Source: an uncultured virus (IMG/VR IMGVR_UViG_3300025880_000013) (Duplodnaviria > Heunggongvirae > Uroviricota > Caudoviricetes). From it: a DNA stretch of 64,000 nucleotides. A program made the translations under genes and the position numbers. The notes under the pieces are model-generated. The model saw only the letters and a program-made list of their open reading frames with translations, made no database searches and was not told where the DNA came from. Shown piece by piece: positions 55,558 to 64,000 of the stretch; position 1 is the first letter of the stretch, and every line of letters starts with the position of its first letter. The DNA lies in IMG/VR virus record IMGVR_UViG_3300025880_000013; one strand, given 5' to 3'.

Positions 55558-56784
55558 ATGAAGCTAGGCAAACATACATTATTAATAGACGGTAACTATT
55601 TTCTACACAGTAGATTATTTGTACTACCAAGACCTAAAGGTGAACAACTGCTAGGTACCACAGAGAGTCAATCAAGTTTAATGCGTAAATTATGCATTGA
55701 CTTTGCGTCAGAAGTACGTAAGATGTCAGGCTTTGTTGATCAAATTGTCGTAGCAATTGATGATAAATCATGGCGTAAAGATCTTTTTCCAGATGCACAG
55801 TACAAGGGCACTAGAAGTTACGATGACTCAATTAATTGGGCCGGCGTATTTAGTACTTATAAAGCATGGCAAGAAATCTTACAAAAACAAGGTGTAGTTA
55901 TTCACCAAGTCAAAGGTGCAGAAGCAGATGATGTTATGTTCGGCTGGTCAACTCAGTTAAATAATGAAGGTAAGAATTGTATTGCATGGACAGGTGATCG
56001 TGATTTAATTCAATTAGTTAATTACAATCAAGCAACAGATGCATATACCTTATGGTACTATAATTCAAAACGTAAGTTAATTGCATTCGAAGGTTTCGAA
56101 GAAGTATTAAATGAACGTGCAACTGATAAAATGTCTAATGATGATTTGATGTTCAATATGAACTCTAATACAGTAATGCACGATCAAATGAAACAAAACT
56201 TAACAGATTGGTCTCTTAAGAACGGTGTTTCTATCGAAGAAATCAATTGTGATGATTTTATTTTTACTAAGATCTTACAAGGTGATAAGAGTGATAATAT
56301 TAAAAGTGTTGTCTCTTGGACAAAAACAGCAAAGTCCGGTAAGATTATGAACTATTCTATTACTGAAAAGAACGCTCTTAAAATTCTAGATCAATATAAA
56401 GAATTACATGGTAGTTTTTCAATTGATGATTTCTTTAATAAAGAAAGCGTTAATTCAATCGTAGACATCATTCATAAAGTTATCGGTAAGTCTACGTTAT
56501 CAGAAATTAAAGGCAGATTTAATCAAAACCTAGATTTAATGTTATTGCACTTTAATACTATACCAGATCCTATTCAAAAAGAAATCTATAAAGTAATTGA
56601 AAATGATTACAATATAGAGCCTACATTCCCAAAATTAACTAAAATGGAAGTAATCTTAGAAGGAACAGAGTGGTTAAAGAAAAAAGGCACTAGCGCTCCC
56701 GGAGGATACGATCCATTTGCAGGCTTAAAAACTCCTGAAACAAAACAACAAGACAACAGTAAAATAACAAACGAGTTATTCTAA
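55558..56784 (+). CDS. rnh: RNase H / 5'-3' exonuclease (T4 rnh-like, FEN family)
   Basis: LIDGN, SWRK...YKG.R, EADD, GDRDL.QL, GDKSDNI. Confidence 0.88.
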   Translation: MKLGKHTLLIDGNYFLHSRLFVLPRPKGEQLLGTTESQSSLMRKLCIDFASEVRKMSGFVDQIVVAIDDKSWRKDLFPDAQYKGTRSYDDSINWAGVFSTYKAWQEILQKQGVVIHQVKGAEADDVMFGWSTQLNNEGKNCIAWTGDRDLIQLVNYNQATDAYTLWYYNSKRKLIAFEGFEEVLNERATDKMSNDDLMFNMNSNTVMHDQMKQNLTDWSLKNGVSIEEINCDDFIFTKILQGDKSDNIKSVVSWTKTAKSGKIMNYSITEKNALKILDQYKELHGSFSIDDFFNKESVNSIVDIIHKVIGKSTLSEIKGRFNQNLDLMLLHFNTIPDPIQKEIYKVIENDYNIEPTFPKLTKMEVILEGTEWLKKKGTSAPGGYDPFAGLKTPETKQQDNSKITNELF

Positions 56785-56788
56785 ATAT

Positions 56789-57220
56789 ATGCTAGACGAA
56801 ACTAAACTATTTGACTTTGTAAAAATAATGTTTACAAAGCAAAAAGAATACTATGACATAAAGCAATTTAATAAGAAGAGACATCACTTTATGATCAATC
56901 GATTCTTTGCGATTAAGTTTCCAGCAAACGCGCAGCTGTTTAATGTTAATGGTATCAATCCAATTTCAGTAATTGATAGCTGGGCATTAGTTGCCTCAAG
57001 ATTTAGAGGAGTTCCAGGCTGGATTTATACTAAGACTAAAAAATCTAAAAAGAAAACAACTTCAAATAAAGGTAAATATATACCAAGTGATGAAGCAATC
57101 CAATTCTTTATAGAAAAGAATGAAATTGGAATGCGAGAATTCAAAGAACTAGAAAAGTTCGCTAAAGATGAATTATACATATCACTTAAATCGATAGAAG
57201 GATCGATGAAAGTGTATTAA
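56789..57220 (+). CDS. Putative clamp loader small subunit (gp62-like)
   Basis: LFDF..I...K, FMINRF, W..K pattern and size. Confidence 0.5.
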   Translation: MLDETKLFDFVKIMFTKQKEYYDIKQFNKKRHHFMINRFFAIKFPANAQLFNVNGINPISVIDSWALVASRFRGVPGWIYTKTKKSKKKTTSNKGKYIPSDEAIQFFIEKNEIGMREFKELEKFAKDELYISLKSIEGSMKVY

Positions 57221-57233
57221 CACCTACAATTAA

Positions 57234-57887
57234 ATGAACATCAGTAGTTTCCCAACAGCAGTTGACGTAACATTACAACGATATAATCACATGGACAATC
57301 GCATGTGGACCCAAATTAAAAATCAATTAAATTATGTTGATGTTAGTGGAGGTTCCGTAGTGGTTAGCGTTGAGCAACTCAGCTCATTTCTAGAGATTAA
57401 CTATATGGATCTCATTAATCAAGTTAAATCAACTGGCGCAGAATTTCTTCACAAAAGAGTAAATTCACCTTATTTCTTATATATGATGTGTTTAGATATG
57501 CAAAACCTACAATTGGTTAAATTTAATCTATCATATGATAAACAATTTACTCGCTTAATTGAAAGTGACGGCAATAAAGTTTTAAAATTTGATTTTAGAA
57601 TTTTATCAATGACAATTAACCTATCTAATATATTCGAAGCTGAAGATCTTCAAATAATAAATCCGGTTTTAGAAAAGACAAAAATACTTGAAGAAGGGGT
57701 TCCTTACGCTAGATTAAAAATAATAGATCTATTAGATACCTTAGATGATTGGGTAAATTCTGAAATGGATAATGAATTAGAAGATGAGGAACCTGATCCA
57801 GTGCCGCTAATCACGACGATATTAGATTTAATAGACGTGAAAACCGAAGGAGATAACCCTATAACTTTATTAGTTACTGATTATTGA
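57234..57887 (+). CDS. Hypothetical protein (217 aa)
   Basis: ORF in the operon; no recognised motif. Confidence 0.55.
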   Translation: MNISSFPTAVDVTLQRYNHMDNRMWTQIKNQLNYVDVSGGSVVVSVEQLSSFLEINYMDLINQVKSTGAEFLHKRVNSPYFLYMMCLDMQNLQLVKFNLSYDKQFTRLIESDGNKVLKFDFRILSMTINLSNIFEAEDLQIINPVLEKTKILEEGVPYARLKIIDLLDTLDDWVNSEMDNELEDEEPDPVPLITTILDLIDVKTEGDNPITLLVTDY

Positions 57888-57929
57888 TATATTTAATCGA
57901 ATATATAGATTAAATAAAATAATCCTATA

Positions 57930-58337
57930 ATGAAAATATTCGGTAATTTTGGAAAGAGGGAAGCTTTGATTTATATCATAGTAGCCTTATGGATAACTAT
58001 GGGTATATTTGCGGCAATGAAGGCCTCAAGTTTATCAGATTTAGCAGTTTACTTTGGAGCTTTAACAGCTTACGCAGCAACATACATTTGGGCAGAATCA
58101 AAAAGACCTAGTAGTAAAACAGGTATAATGCGCAAAGGTCCTCATTCTAGGAGAGAGATGATGATATATGTTGTAGTTTTTCTTTGGGCTATCGCAGGTT
58201 TTGCATCAATGTACTATGCTAGAGACCTAAAAGAATTATCAGTTTATTTCGCATCATTAACAGGATTCGTAGCTTCATGGATTGCTGGTGAAAAGTTTAA
58301 ACCAGAAGATGAAGTTAATCAAAATATTAAAAAATAA
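57930..58337 (+). CDS. Four-TM membrane protein with internal duplication (holin candidate)
   Basis: Two homologous halves, RE..IY..V.LW...G.......L..L.VYF..LT...A....E..KP; late-type motif upstream. Confidence 0.5.
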   Translation: MKIFGNFGKREALIYIIVALWITMGIFAAMKASSLSDLAVYFGALTAYAATYIWAESKRPSSKTGIMRKGPHSRREMMIYVVVFLWAIAGFASMYYARDLKELSVYFASLTGFVASWIAGEKFKPEDEVNQNIKK

Positions 58338-60286
58338 TGGTTACAGGATTTACAGCAACAGAATATGGTGATTTTTTAATCGCTAAACTTAATGATCCTT
58401 ACTATAATACAGTAAAGGTATTAGATTGGGAAATAGTAGCAGGTGTTCAGAGTTTTAGAACAACGGGTACCTTGTCAACACAAGCCGGATCCACAACCGT
58501 TAATGGAAAGTTTACAGAATTTAGTAATTTTTCTACAGGGGATGAAATTATAATCGGAAATACGACATTTACGATCGATACTATAATTACACCGATTGAA
58601 TTAACTCTAACGGAGGCCCCTGATTTTACAACAACCGAAATTGAGTTTTATACACCAACAAACGCAAATAACTATTTTGAGTATGAATATAGATGGTCAA
58701 AAGACAACGAACAGTTTTCTGAACTAAGGCCTCTAAGCAAAACTCAGGGATTTACTGATTTAATGGGATTAACCTTTAATTCCGCAGATCCTCTATGGAT
58801 TGATGTTAGGGCTGAAGTAGCCGCAATAACAACAGGATACTCAATATCAATTATATCAGTAACATATACGTTAGAAACAGTAGATGGAACAGTAATTAGC
58901 TGTCCACAGTTTTGTGTTGAATGTACTGATCCTTTTGCAATGTATGGTTGTGCAAATATTATCGAATGTGAAGATGATAATTTATTTAATCCATATGATT
59001 TAAATAAATCAACAAATTTATATGAACAGCTGGTCGGAATGACTAGTAATATTTTCGGACATCCTGTTCAGTATTTTAGAACTGAGCCGGACGCAAGAAC
59101 TGTAGATGTTCACTTAATGGAATATTCTCTGCATAATGTTGTAGATAAAAAGACCGTAAAGATATTAGTACCAGATAATGAATTTCCAGATGAGTCGATG
59201 ACTTATGATATTTTTGGAATGGAATTTGCAGAATTTGAAATCCACATTACAGCTTCAGAATTTGAAGCAGTATTTGGACAAGGCAAAACACCAAGAAACA
59301 AGGATTACATGTATATTCCATTAATTAATAGAATGTATGAAATTAATTCACTTTCAATTGCTGATGAATTTAATCAAACTTCGTCTTATTGGAGATGTAA
59401 ATTAGTTAAATATCAAGAAAGATCATCAGTTATTAAAAATGAATTTGAAGTTGATACAGATAATTTAACAACAGGGGTTGAAGAAGTATTTGGAGAAAGG
59501 CAGAGAGAAGAACAAGAAAAAGTTACTAATCCAACGCAATTCCAAACAGTTTCTACTGCATATCGAGACGGAATTAGAGGATTTATTGATAAAGATTTAA
59601 AAATAGAAGATTATGATCTAAAGAACAGATGGACCGTTGTTAGTAAAAACTATTACGATTTAAGTAATATTAACGGACAAAGAACTGGAGTTGAATATGC
59701 AGTACCTTCTAAATTAATTTCAACCGATAATCTAGCAACTAGTTTATGGTTTTCTCCACAACTAGATAGCACAGATACGGGAGAGTATGTTTTATTTGGA
59801 GATTTAGCAGCACTTGGTGGTTTTAAATTATTCTATAGTAATACCGGATTTAAGGTAAGTGCAAACGGAATAGATCATGAATTTAACCATGGAATTACCC
59901 TACAAAAAGGAGAATGGTATGGATTAATCTTTAATATAAACAATAAGTTTTTACAGATTTCTCTATCATTATATAGATTGGATTCAACCAACAACACTGG
60001 AACATCAGTAGGTTCTCGTCCGCAAGATGCAAGTAATAATTTAATTGAAGAATATACAGAAACAATAGAAGCAGGTCAACCACTACAGTGGGATTCGAAT
60101 TCAAAATACCACATTAGAGGAAATAAAACTTATATGACAAATATCAGGGTATTTACTAATGTGATAGAATTTGAACAACACCACAATATATTAAATCAAT
60201 ATGTAGTTAGAGATAATCAATTATCAATCCTTATAGATAATGCAATCCCAAGTTTAGGCTATCAACGATTCAAGAACGCTAGATAA
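58337..60286 (+). CDS. Neck protein gp14-like domain with N- and C-terminal extensions
   Basis: Central G..V.Y.R, FGM...EIHI....F......P...D..YIP..NRMYEI pattern; C-terminal LamG-like WY......N...IRVF. Confidence 0.55.
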   Translation: MVTGFTATEYGDFLIAKLNDPYYNTVKVLDWEIVAGVQSFRTTGTLSTQAGSTTVNGKFTEFSNFSTGDEIIIGNTTFTIDTIITPIELTLTEAPDFTTTEIEFYTPTNANNYFEYEYRWSKDNEQFSELRPLSKTQGFTDLMGLTFNSADPLWIDVRAEVAAITTGYSISIISVTYTLETVDGTVISCPQFCVECTDPFAMYGCANIIECEDDNLFNPYDLNKSTNLYEQLVGMTSNIFGHPVQYFRTEPDARTVDVHLMEYSLHNVVDKKTVKILVPDNEFPDESMTYDIFGMEFAEFEIHITASEFEAVFGQGKTPRNKDYMYIPLINRMYEINSLSIADEFNQTSSYWRCKLVKYQERSSVIKNEFEVDTDNLTTGVEEVFGERQREEQEKVTNPTQFQTVSTAYRDGIRGFIDKDLKIEDYDLKNRWTVVSKNYYDLSNINGQRTGVEYAVPSKLISTDNLATSLWFSPQLDSTDTGEYVLFGDLAALGGFKLFYSNTGFKVSANGIDHEFNHGITLQKGEWYGLIFNINNKFLQISLSLYRLDSTNNTGTSVGSRPQDASNNLIEEYTETIEAGQPLQWDSNSKYHIRGNKTYMTNIRVFTNVIEFEQHHNILNQYVVRDNQLSILIDNAIPSLGYQRFKNAR

Positions 60287-60322
60287 AATTAGGATAAATA
60301 ATCTATAATAAAACATTGAAAT

Positions 60323-60970
60323 ATGCCAGAAGATAAGAAAAGTATTAAATCACAAGCTGAAGATATTAGAAAAGAATTAGACGATTTGATTGGGAATAAT
60401 AATCCTATTCAATCTGCTATAGAGACTGATCCGGAATTACCGGCGAAAAGAGATCTTCCAGCCAGAATGTCTTACTCTGAATTAAAAACAAGTGCCAGTA
60501 AAAAAGCAACAAAAACTATTACTAGTTTAATGAAGTTTTATCTGGACGAGGATATAATTGAGAGAGATGAATATATTGTTGCTAAAAAGAAAATAGATGA
60601 GATGACAATGTCTTCTTTAATCTATCAATTACAGGCAGGTGAAAGGGCCTTAACTACTTTATTGGAAACAATCGAAGACGGTGAAATTGCCCCTAGAATG
60701 TTTGAAGTTCTTGCAACTCTACAAAAATCAATGTTAGACATTATTAAATCGCAAACCATGTATTTAATGGCAGCTGAAGAAGGTGCTAAAAGAATGGCAA
60801 GAGACATTGAATTATATAAAAAGAGAGATGACGCTCAAGTTATTAGTGAAGCATCTGGAGGAGCTCCAGCAGGAGATACTGTTCAAAGAGGAACAAAAGA
60901 CCTGATGAGAATGATTCAAAACGGAATTCAAGAAGATCAAATAGAAGACGCTGAAATTACAGAAGAATAA
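60323..60970 (+). CDS. gp16: Terminase small subunit (gp16-like)
   Basis: PRMFEVLATLQK, GTKDL; directly upstream of the large terminase. Confidence 0.7.
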   Translation: MPEDKKSIKSQAEDIRKELDDLIGNNNPIQSAIETDPELPAKRDLPARMSYSELKTSASKKATKTITSLMKFYLDEDIIERDEYIVAKKKIDEMTMSSLIYQLQAGERALTTLLETIEDGEIAPRMFEVLATLQKSMLDIIKSQTMYLMAAEEGAKRMARDIELYKKRDDAQVISEASGGAPAGDTVQRGTKDLMRMIQNGIQEDQIEDAEITEE

Positions 60971-60972
60971 CA

Positions 60973-62799
60973 ATGGGAGATTACGTAGGAGATAATAGAT
61001 GGATTCCACAGGGTCAATCTGCTGACGATGCAGCTAAACTGATATGGTCAACAAAATCGATCAATGAGTTAATGTTAGCATTAGATCAAGGATATCGACC
61101 TTCAGTTCCTATGCCTTTTTATGAAGGTAAGCAATTTTTACGTAGAGGTAATATTGTATTTGACTACACCGATCAAGAGATTACAGAATTAGCTAAATGC
61201 GCAAATGATATTGTGTACTTCGCGGAAAGATATGCAGTTGTAATGACTGATAATGGAGTCCAACAGGTAAAACTTAGAGATTATCAAAAGGAAATGTTAA
61301 GAGATTTCCAAAATAATAGATTTAATATAGTATTGGCTTCTCGCCAAATGGGTAAAACCGTAACGGCATCTATATTTAATGCATGGTACCTTACATTTAA
61401 CTATGATAAAACCACATTACTATTAGCCAATAAATCAGAATCAACAAAAGAAATTATAGATAAAGCAAAGGTTGTAATCGAGAACTTACCGTTCTTTATG
61501 AAGCCCGGAATTATTAAGTATGATGTTATGAATGTACGTTCAGACAATGGATGTCGTTTAGTAGGTCAATCAACTACAGCAAAATCAGGTATTGGTTTTA
61601 CGATTCATAATTTATACCTTGATGAGTTTGCCCACATCCACCCAACAATCGTGGATTCATTTTATGAAAACGTATACCCAACACTCTCAGCTTCAAAAAT
61701 ATCGAGAATTAACATCACGTCAACTCCAAATGGTTTTAACAAGTTCTACGAAATATACGCTGACGCAGAGAAACAAAATAATGAATATAAGGCGACCAGA
61801 ATAGATTGGTGGCAACATCCAGACCGCGACGACGCATGGTATAAAAGAGAACTTGGAAACTTAGGTTCTGAAGATGCATTTAATAGACAATATGGAAATG
61901 AATTTACAAGTTCATCAACTCTATTATTAAGTCCAGGTACGATGAAAAATATGAGATCTAATTCAAAGAAATTTGAATGGTATGACTTTGAAGAATTCGA
62001 TAATGTTCATATAGATACTAAAGGTTATTTAGGATTTGATCCAGAATTTGAAGTTGAAAACGCTGGAGCATCTGATAAATATTATGTATTTTCAGTAGAT
62101 ATTGCTGAAGGAAACGGTGGAGACGATTCAGTTATTAATATTTTTGAAGTTGTACCAATGACACATGATGAAATAGAAAATACTATTAGCCCAGGTGCAA
62201 TGTATGATTTCTTTAAATTGAATCAAGTTGGTATGTTTAGTAGTAATGAACATCCGATTGAAGAGTTTGCAAAAATACTATACACTCTCGCCTTAGATAT
62301 ATTTAATTCAGAGAATACAAAAATGATTATTGAATACAATACATACGGAAGTATATTGATTCAATATTTAAGTACAGTATTTCCAGGACGTAATGATTTT
62401 GAAGATGAGATGCTATTAAGATTTAAACACAGACACGACTCTAGAACCTTGAAACCAGGGATCAGATTAAAGAGTGATAACAAATCTGTATTTTGTCAGA
62501 ACCTTAAGAAACAATTAGAAACTAATAGAATGAAAATCAACGATGTTGAGACAGTTCATGAAGCAAGTTTATTTGGAGTATTAAAGAATAGTAGTTACGG
62601 AGCTCAAATGGGTAAAGATGATAAAATCATGACATGTGTTACGGTGACTGAATTTTTTGGCACAACAGATTACGCAGATTACGTCGAGGAATTGTTAGAT
62701 ATTATTCCAGAAGAAACAGTTAAACATATGGAAAAAATCTTATATAAAGAAAGTGATGTACAAGGAGATTTACAGTTTGATATTTACGATTTACTGTAA
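60973..62799 (+). CDS. gp17: Terminase large subunit (gp17-like)
   Basis: LRDYQ, SRQMGKT, LDEFAH, STPNG, DIAEG.G.D, IEYN, DD.IM. Confidence 0.93.
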   Translation: MGDYVGDNRWIPQGQSADDAAKLIWSTKSINELMLALDQGYRPSVPMPFYEGKQFLRRGNIVFDYTDQEITELAKCANDIVYFAERYAVVMTDNGVQQVKLRDYQKEMLRDFQNNRFNIVLASRQMGKTVTASIFNAWYLTFNYDKTTLLLANKSESTKEIIDKAKVVIENLPFFMKPGIIKYDVMNVRSDNGCRLVGQSTTAKSGIGFTIHNLYLDEFAHIHPTIVDSFYENVYPTLSASKISRINITSTPNGFNKFYEIYADAEKQNNEYKATRIDWWQHPDRDDAWYKRELGNLGSEDAFNRQYGNEFTSSSTLLLSPGTMKNMRSNSKKFEWYDFEEFDNVHIDTKGYLGFDPEFEVENAGASDKYYVFSVDIAEGNGGDDSVINIFEVVPMTHDEIENTISPGAMYDFFKLNQVGMFSSNEHPIEEFAKILYTLALDIFNSENTKMIIEYNTYGSILIQYLSTVFPGRNDFEDEMLLRFKHRHDSRTLKPGIRLKSDNKSVFCQNLKKQLETNRMKINDVETVHEASLFGVLKNSSYGAQMGKDDKIMTCVTVTEFFGTTDYADYVEELLDIIPEETVKHMEKILYKESDVQGDLQFDIYDLL

Positions 62800-62855
62800 T
62801 ATCCACCAGATAATAAAGATATATAATAAAAGAAAAAAAACAAAAATATAATACT

Positions 62856-64000
62856 ATGGCACTAAGTCCTAATTTATTACAATTTAAATCAAGTGGAGTA
62901 TACCGTTTAGAATTTGACAAGTCTCAGACTGCAGATATTAACGTTGAAACACTTAGATTAGTTACAGGTCACTCAAGAAAAGGACCTTATAACACACCAG
63001 TTTTAATTTCAAGCGTTGAAGATTTTACTAACGTATTCGGATCGATTGATAAAAAACTAGAAAAGAAAGGAATGTTCTTCCACAGATCAGCTTTAGAAGC
63101 TCTTTCAAGAGGACCAATCTTAGCTTTAAACTTAAACAAATTCGACGAAGATGATAAATCATTTTTTGCATCTCCAGTAACTAACGGTTCTGTTGATTCA
63201 ATCGTAGCAGCTGATGGATCTAAAGAATATTCAAAGTTTTTCAATACTGATAAATTCGCAGTACCATCTGATGAAGCAGTTTTAGACGAACTTACAGTAG
63301 ACTCAGATCACTTATTCCATTTTGTTAATATCAAACAAAACGGTATCACTGTTATCGTTAGACAAGCACAAGATGTTAAAGAATTTCAAATCATCGCAAG
63401 AGAATGGTATGGAGAAGGTAATGTACCAGAATTCATGAATGACTTTGATTATGTATCAGATTACATGGTTGATGTATTTGTATTCAAAGGAGAATTTGAT
63501 GCAGCTAAAATGCAAAATGATCCAGTATATGGAGAATACTTTAACGAGAATGGATTAAACAAAGAATTATTAGGTCAGTTCGCTAACTTAAGACAAGTTA
63601 ATTTAGAAGCGCAATACACCGGATCTTTAATCCCAGGATTTAAAGATTTAGAAGGAAGAAGCTTATACATTGAATCAATGATTAACAATGAGGCAAGAAA
63701 AACAGGTTTATTCTGTGCGATTGATGAAGATAAAGTATTAGAAGGAGATGTAGACTTAGTAGGTCACTCGTATGATGCTGATCAAGATTATCAATTACTA
63801 TCACACACGGTAGGTCAAACTGTCGTAGCAACCCCAGTAGTATTACCAGACACTAAAACAACAACAGTAGTTGGACCAGTATTAACATTAGATTATGATG
63901 CAAACGGAGATTTAACAGCCGGTTATTTCTTAGCAGGAGCAACCTCTGGAGAATACGTTGAAATCTTATCATCAGTATATGCAGCTGGAGTAACAACAGT
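62856..64000 (+). CDS. gp18: Tail sheath protein (gp18-like), 3'-truncated; not in the ORF track
   Basis: MALSPNLLQFKSSGVYRLEFDKS...GHSRKGPYNTPVLI...FG; frame open to the window end; GATATATA at 62818. Confidence 0.8.
   Translation, partial: MALSPNLLQFKSSGVYRLEFDKSQTADINVETLRLVTGHSRKGPYNTPVLISSVEDFTNVFGSIDKKLEKKGMFFHRSALEALSRGPILALNLNKFDEDDKSFFASPVTNGSVDSIVAADGSKEYSKFFNTDKFAVPSDEAVLDELTVDSDHLFHFVNIKQNGITVIVRQAQDVKEFQIIAREWYGEGNVPEFMNDFDYVSDYMVDVFVFKGEFDAAKMQNDPVYGEYFNENGLNKELLGQFANLRQVNLEAQYTGSLIPGFKDLEGRSLYIESMINNEARKTGLFCAIDEDKVLEGDVDLVGHSYDADQDYQLLSHTVGQTVVATPVVLPDTKTTTVVGPVLTLDYDANGDLTAGYFLAGATSGEYVEILSSVYAAGVTT

Noticed and set aside
10785..63244. Short minus-strand and alternate-frame ORFs in the track (for example 10785-11180, 35819-36178, 40824-41273, 49477-49818, 52644-52955, 62987-63244)
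   Set aside because: They lie wholly within well-supported + strand genes and have shadow-frame composition.
1..64000. Stop-codon reassignment (TAG or TGA) as seen in some large Bacteroidota phages
   Set aside because: Core genes are full length in the standard code, and TAG (13200, 26486) and TGA (10567) end genes at sensible boundaries.

Overview
This 64-kb window comes from the core of a large, AT-rich T4-superfamily (myovirus-type) phage genome read in the standard genetic code, with almost all genes on the + strand. It contains replication and recombination genes (gp32, primase, UvsY/UvsW/UvsX, gp41, gp46/47, clamp and clamp loader, RNase H, NrdA/B, and a family-B DNA polymerase split into two separated genes). 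It also contains a late sigma factor (gp55-like) and head/tail genes (gp2, gp4, portal, protease-scaffold fusion, major capsid, gp14, gp15, terminases, start of the tail sheath). A Bacteroidota host is inferred from the lack of Shine-Dalgarno motifs, TAnnTTT-type promoters and a short NrdA. Main observations: (1) a 13-kb array of 13 ORFs (10.6-23.7 kb) plus outliers that share an MKH(I/V)xLFEQFxNE-type motif resembling the T4 capsid-targeting sequence; (2) several of these are apparent polyproteins whose modules are joined by an ESVVTE linker, encoded five times by the identical 17-mer GAATCAGTAGTTACTGA with a palindromic core, suggesting a shuffleable system for packaging cargo into the capsid; (3) a DNA sugar-modification cluster (T4 beta-glucosyltransferase-like, gp56 dCTPase-like, RmlB, cytidylyltransferase); (4) three promoter classes readable from the sequence. 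All functional calls rest on motif recognition by eye; no database searches were run.
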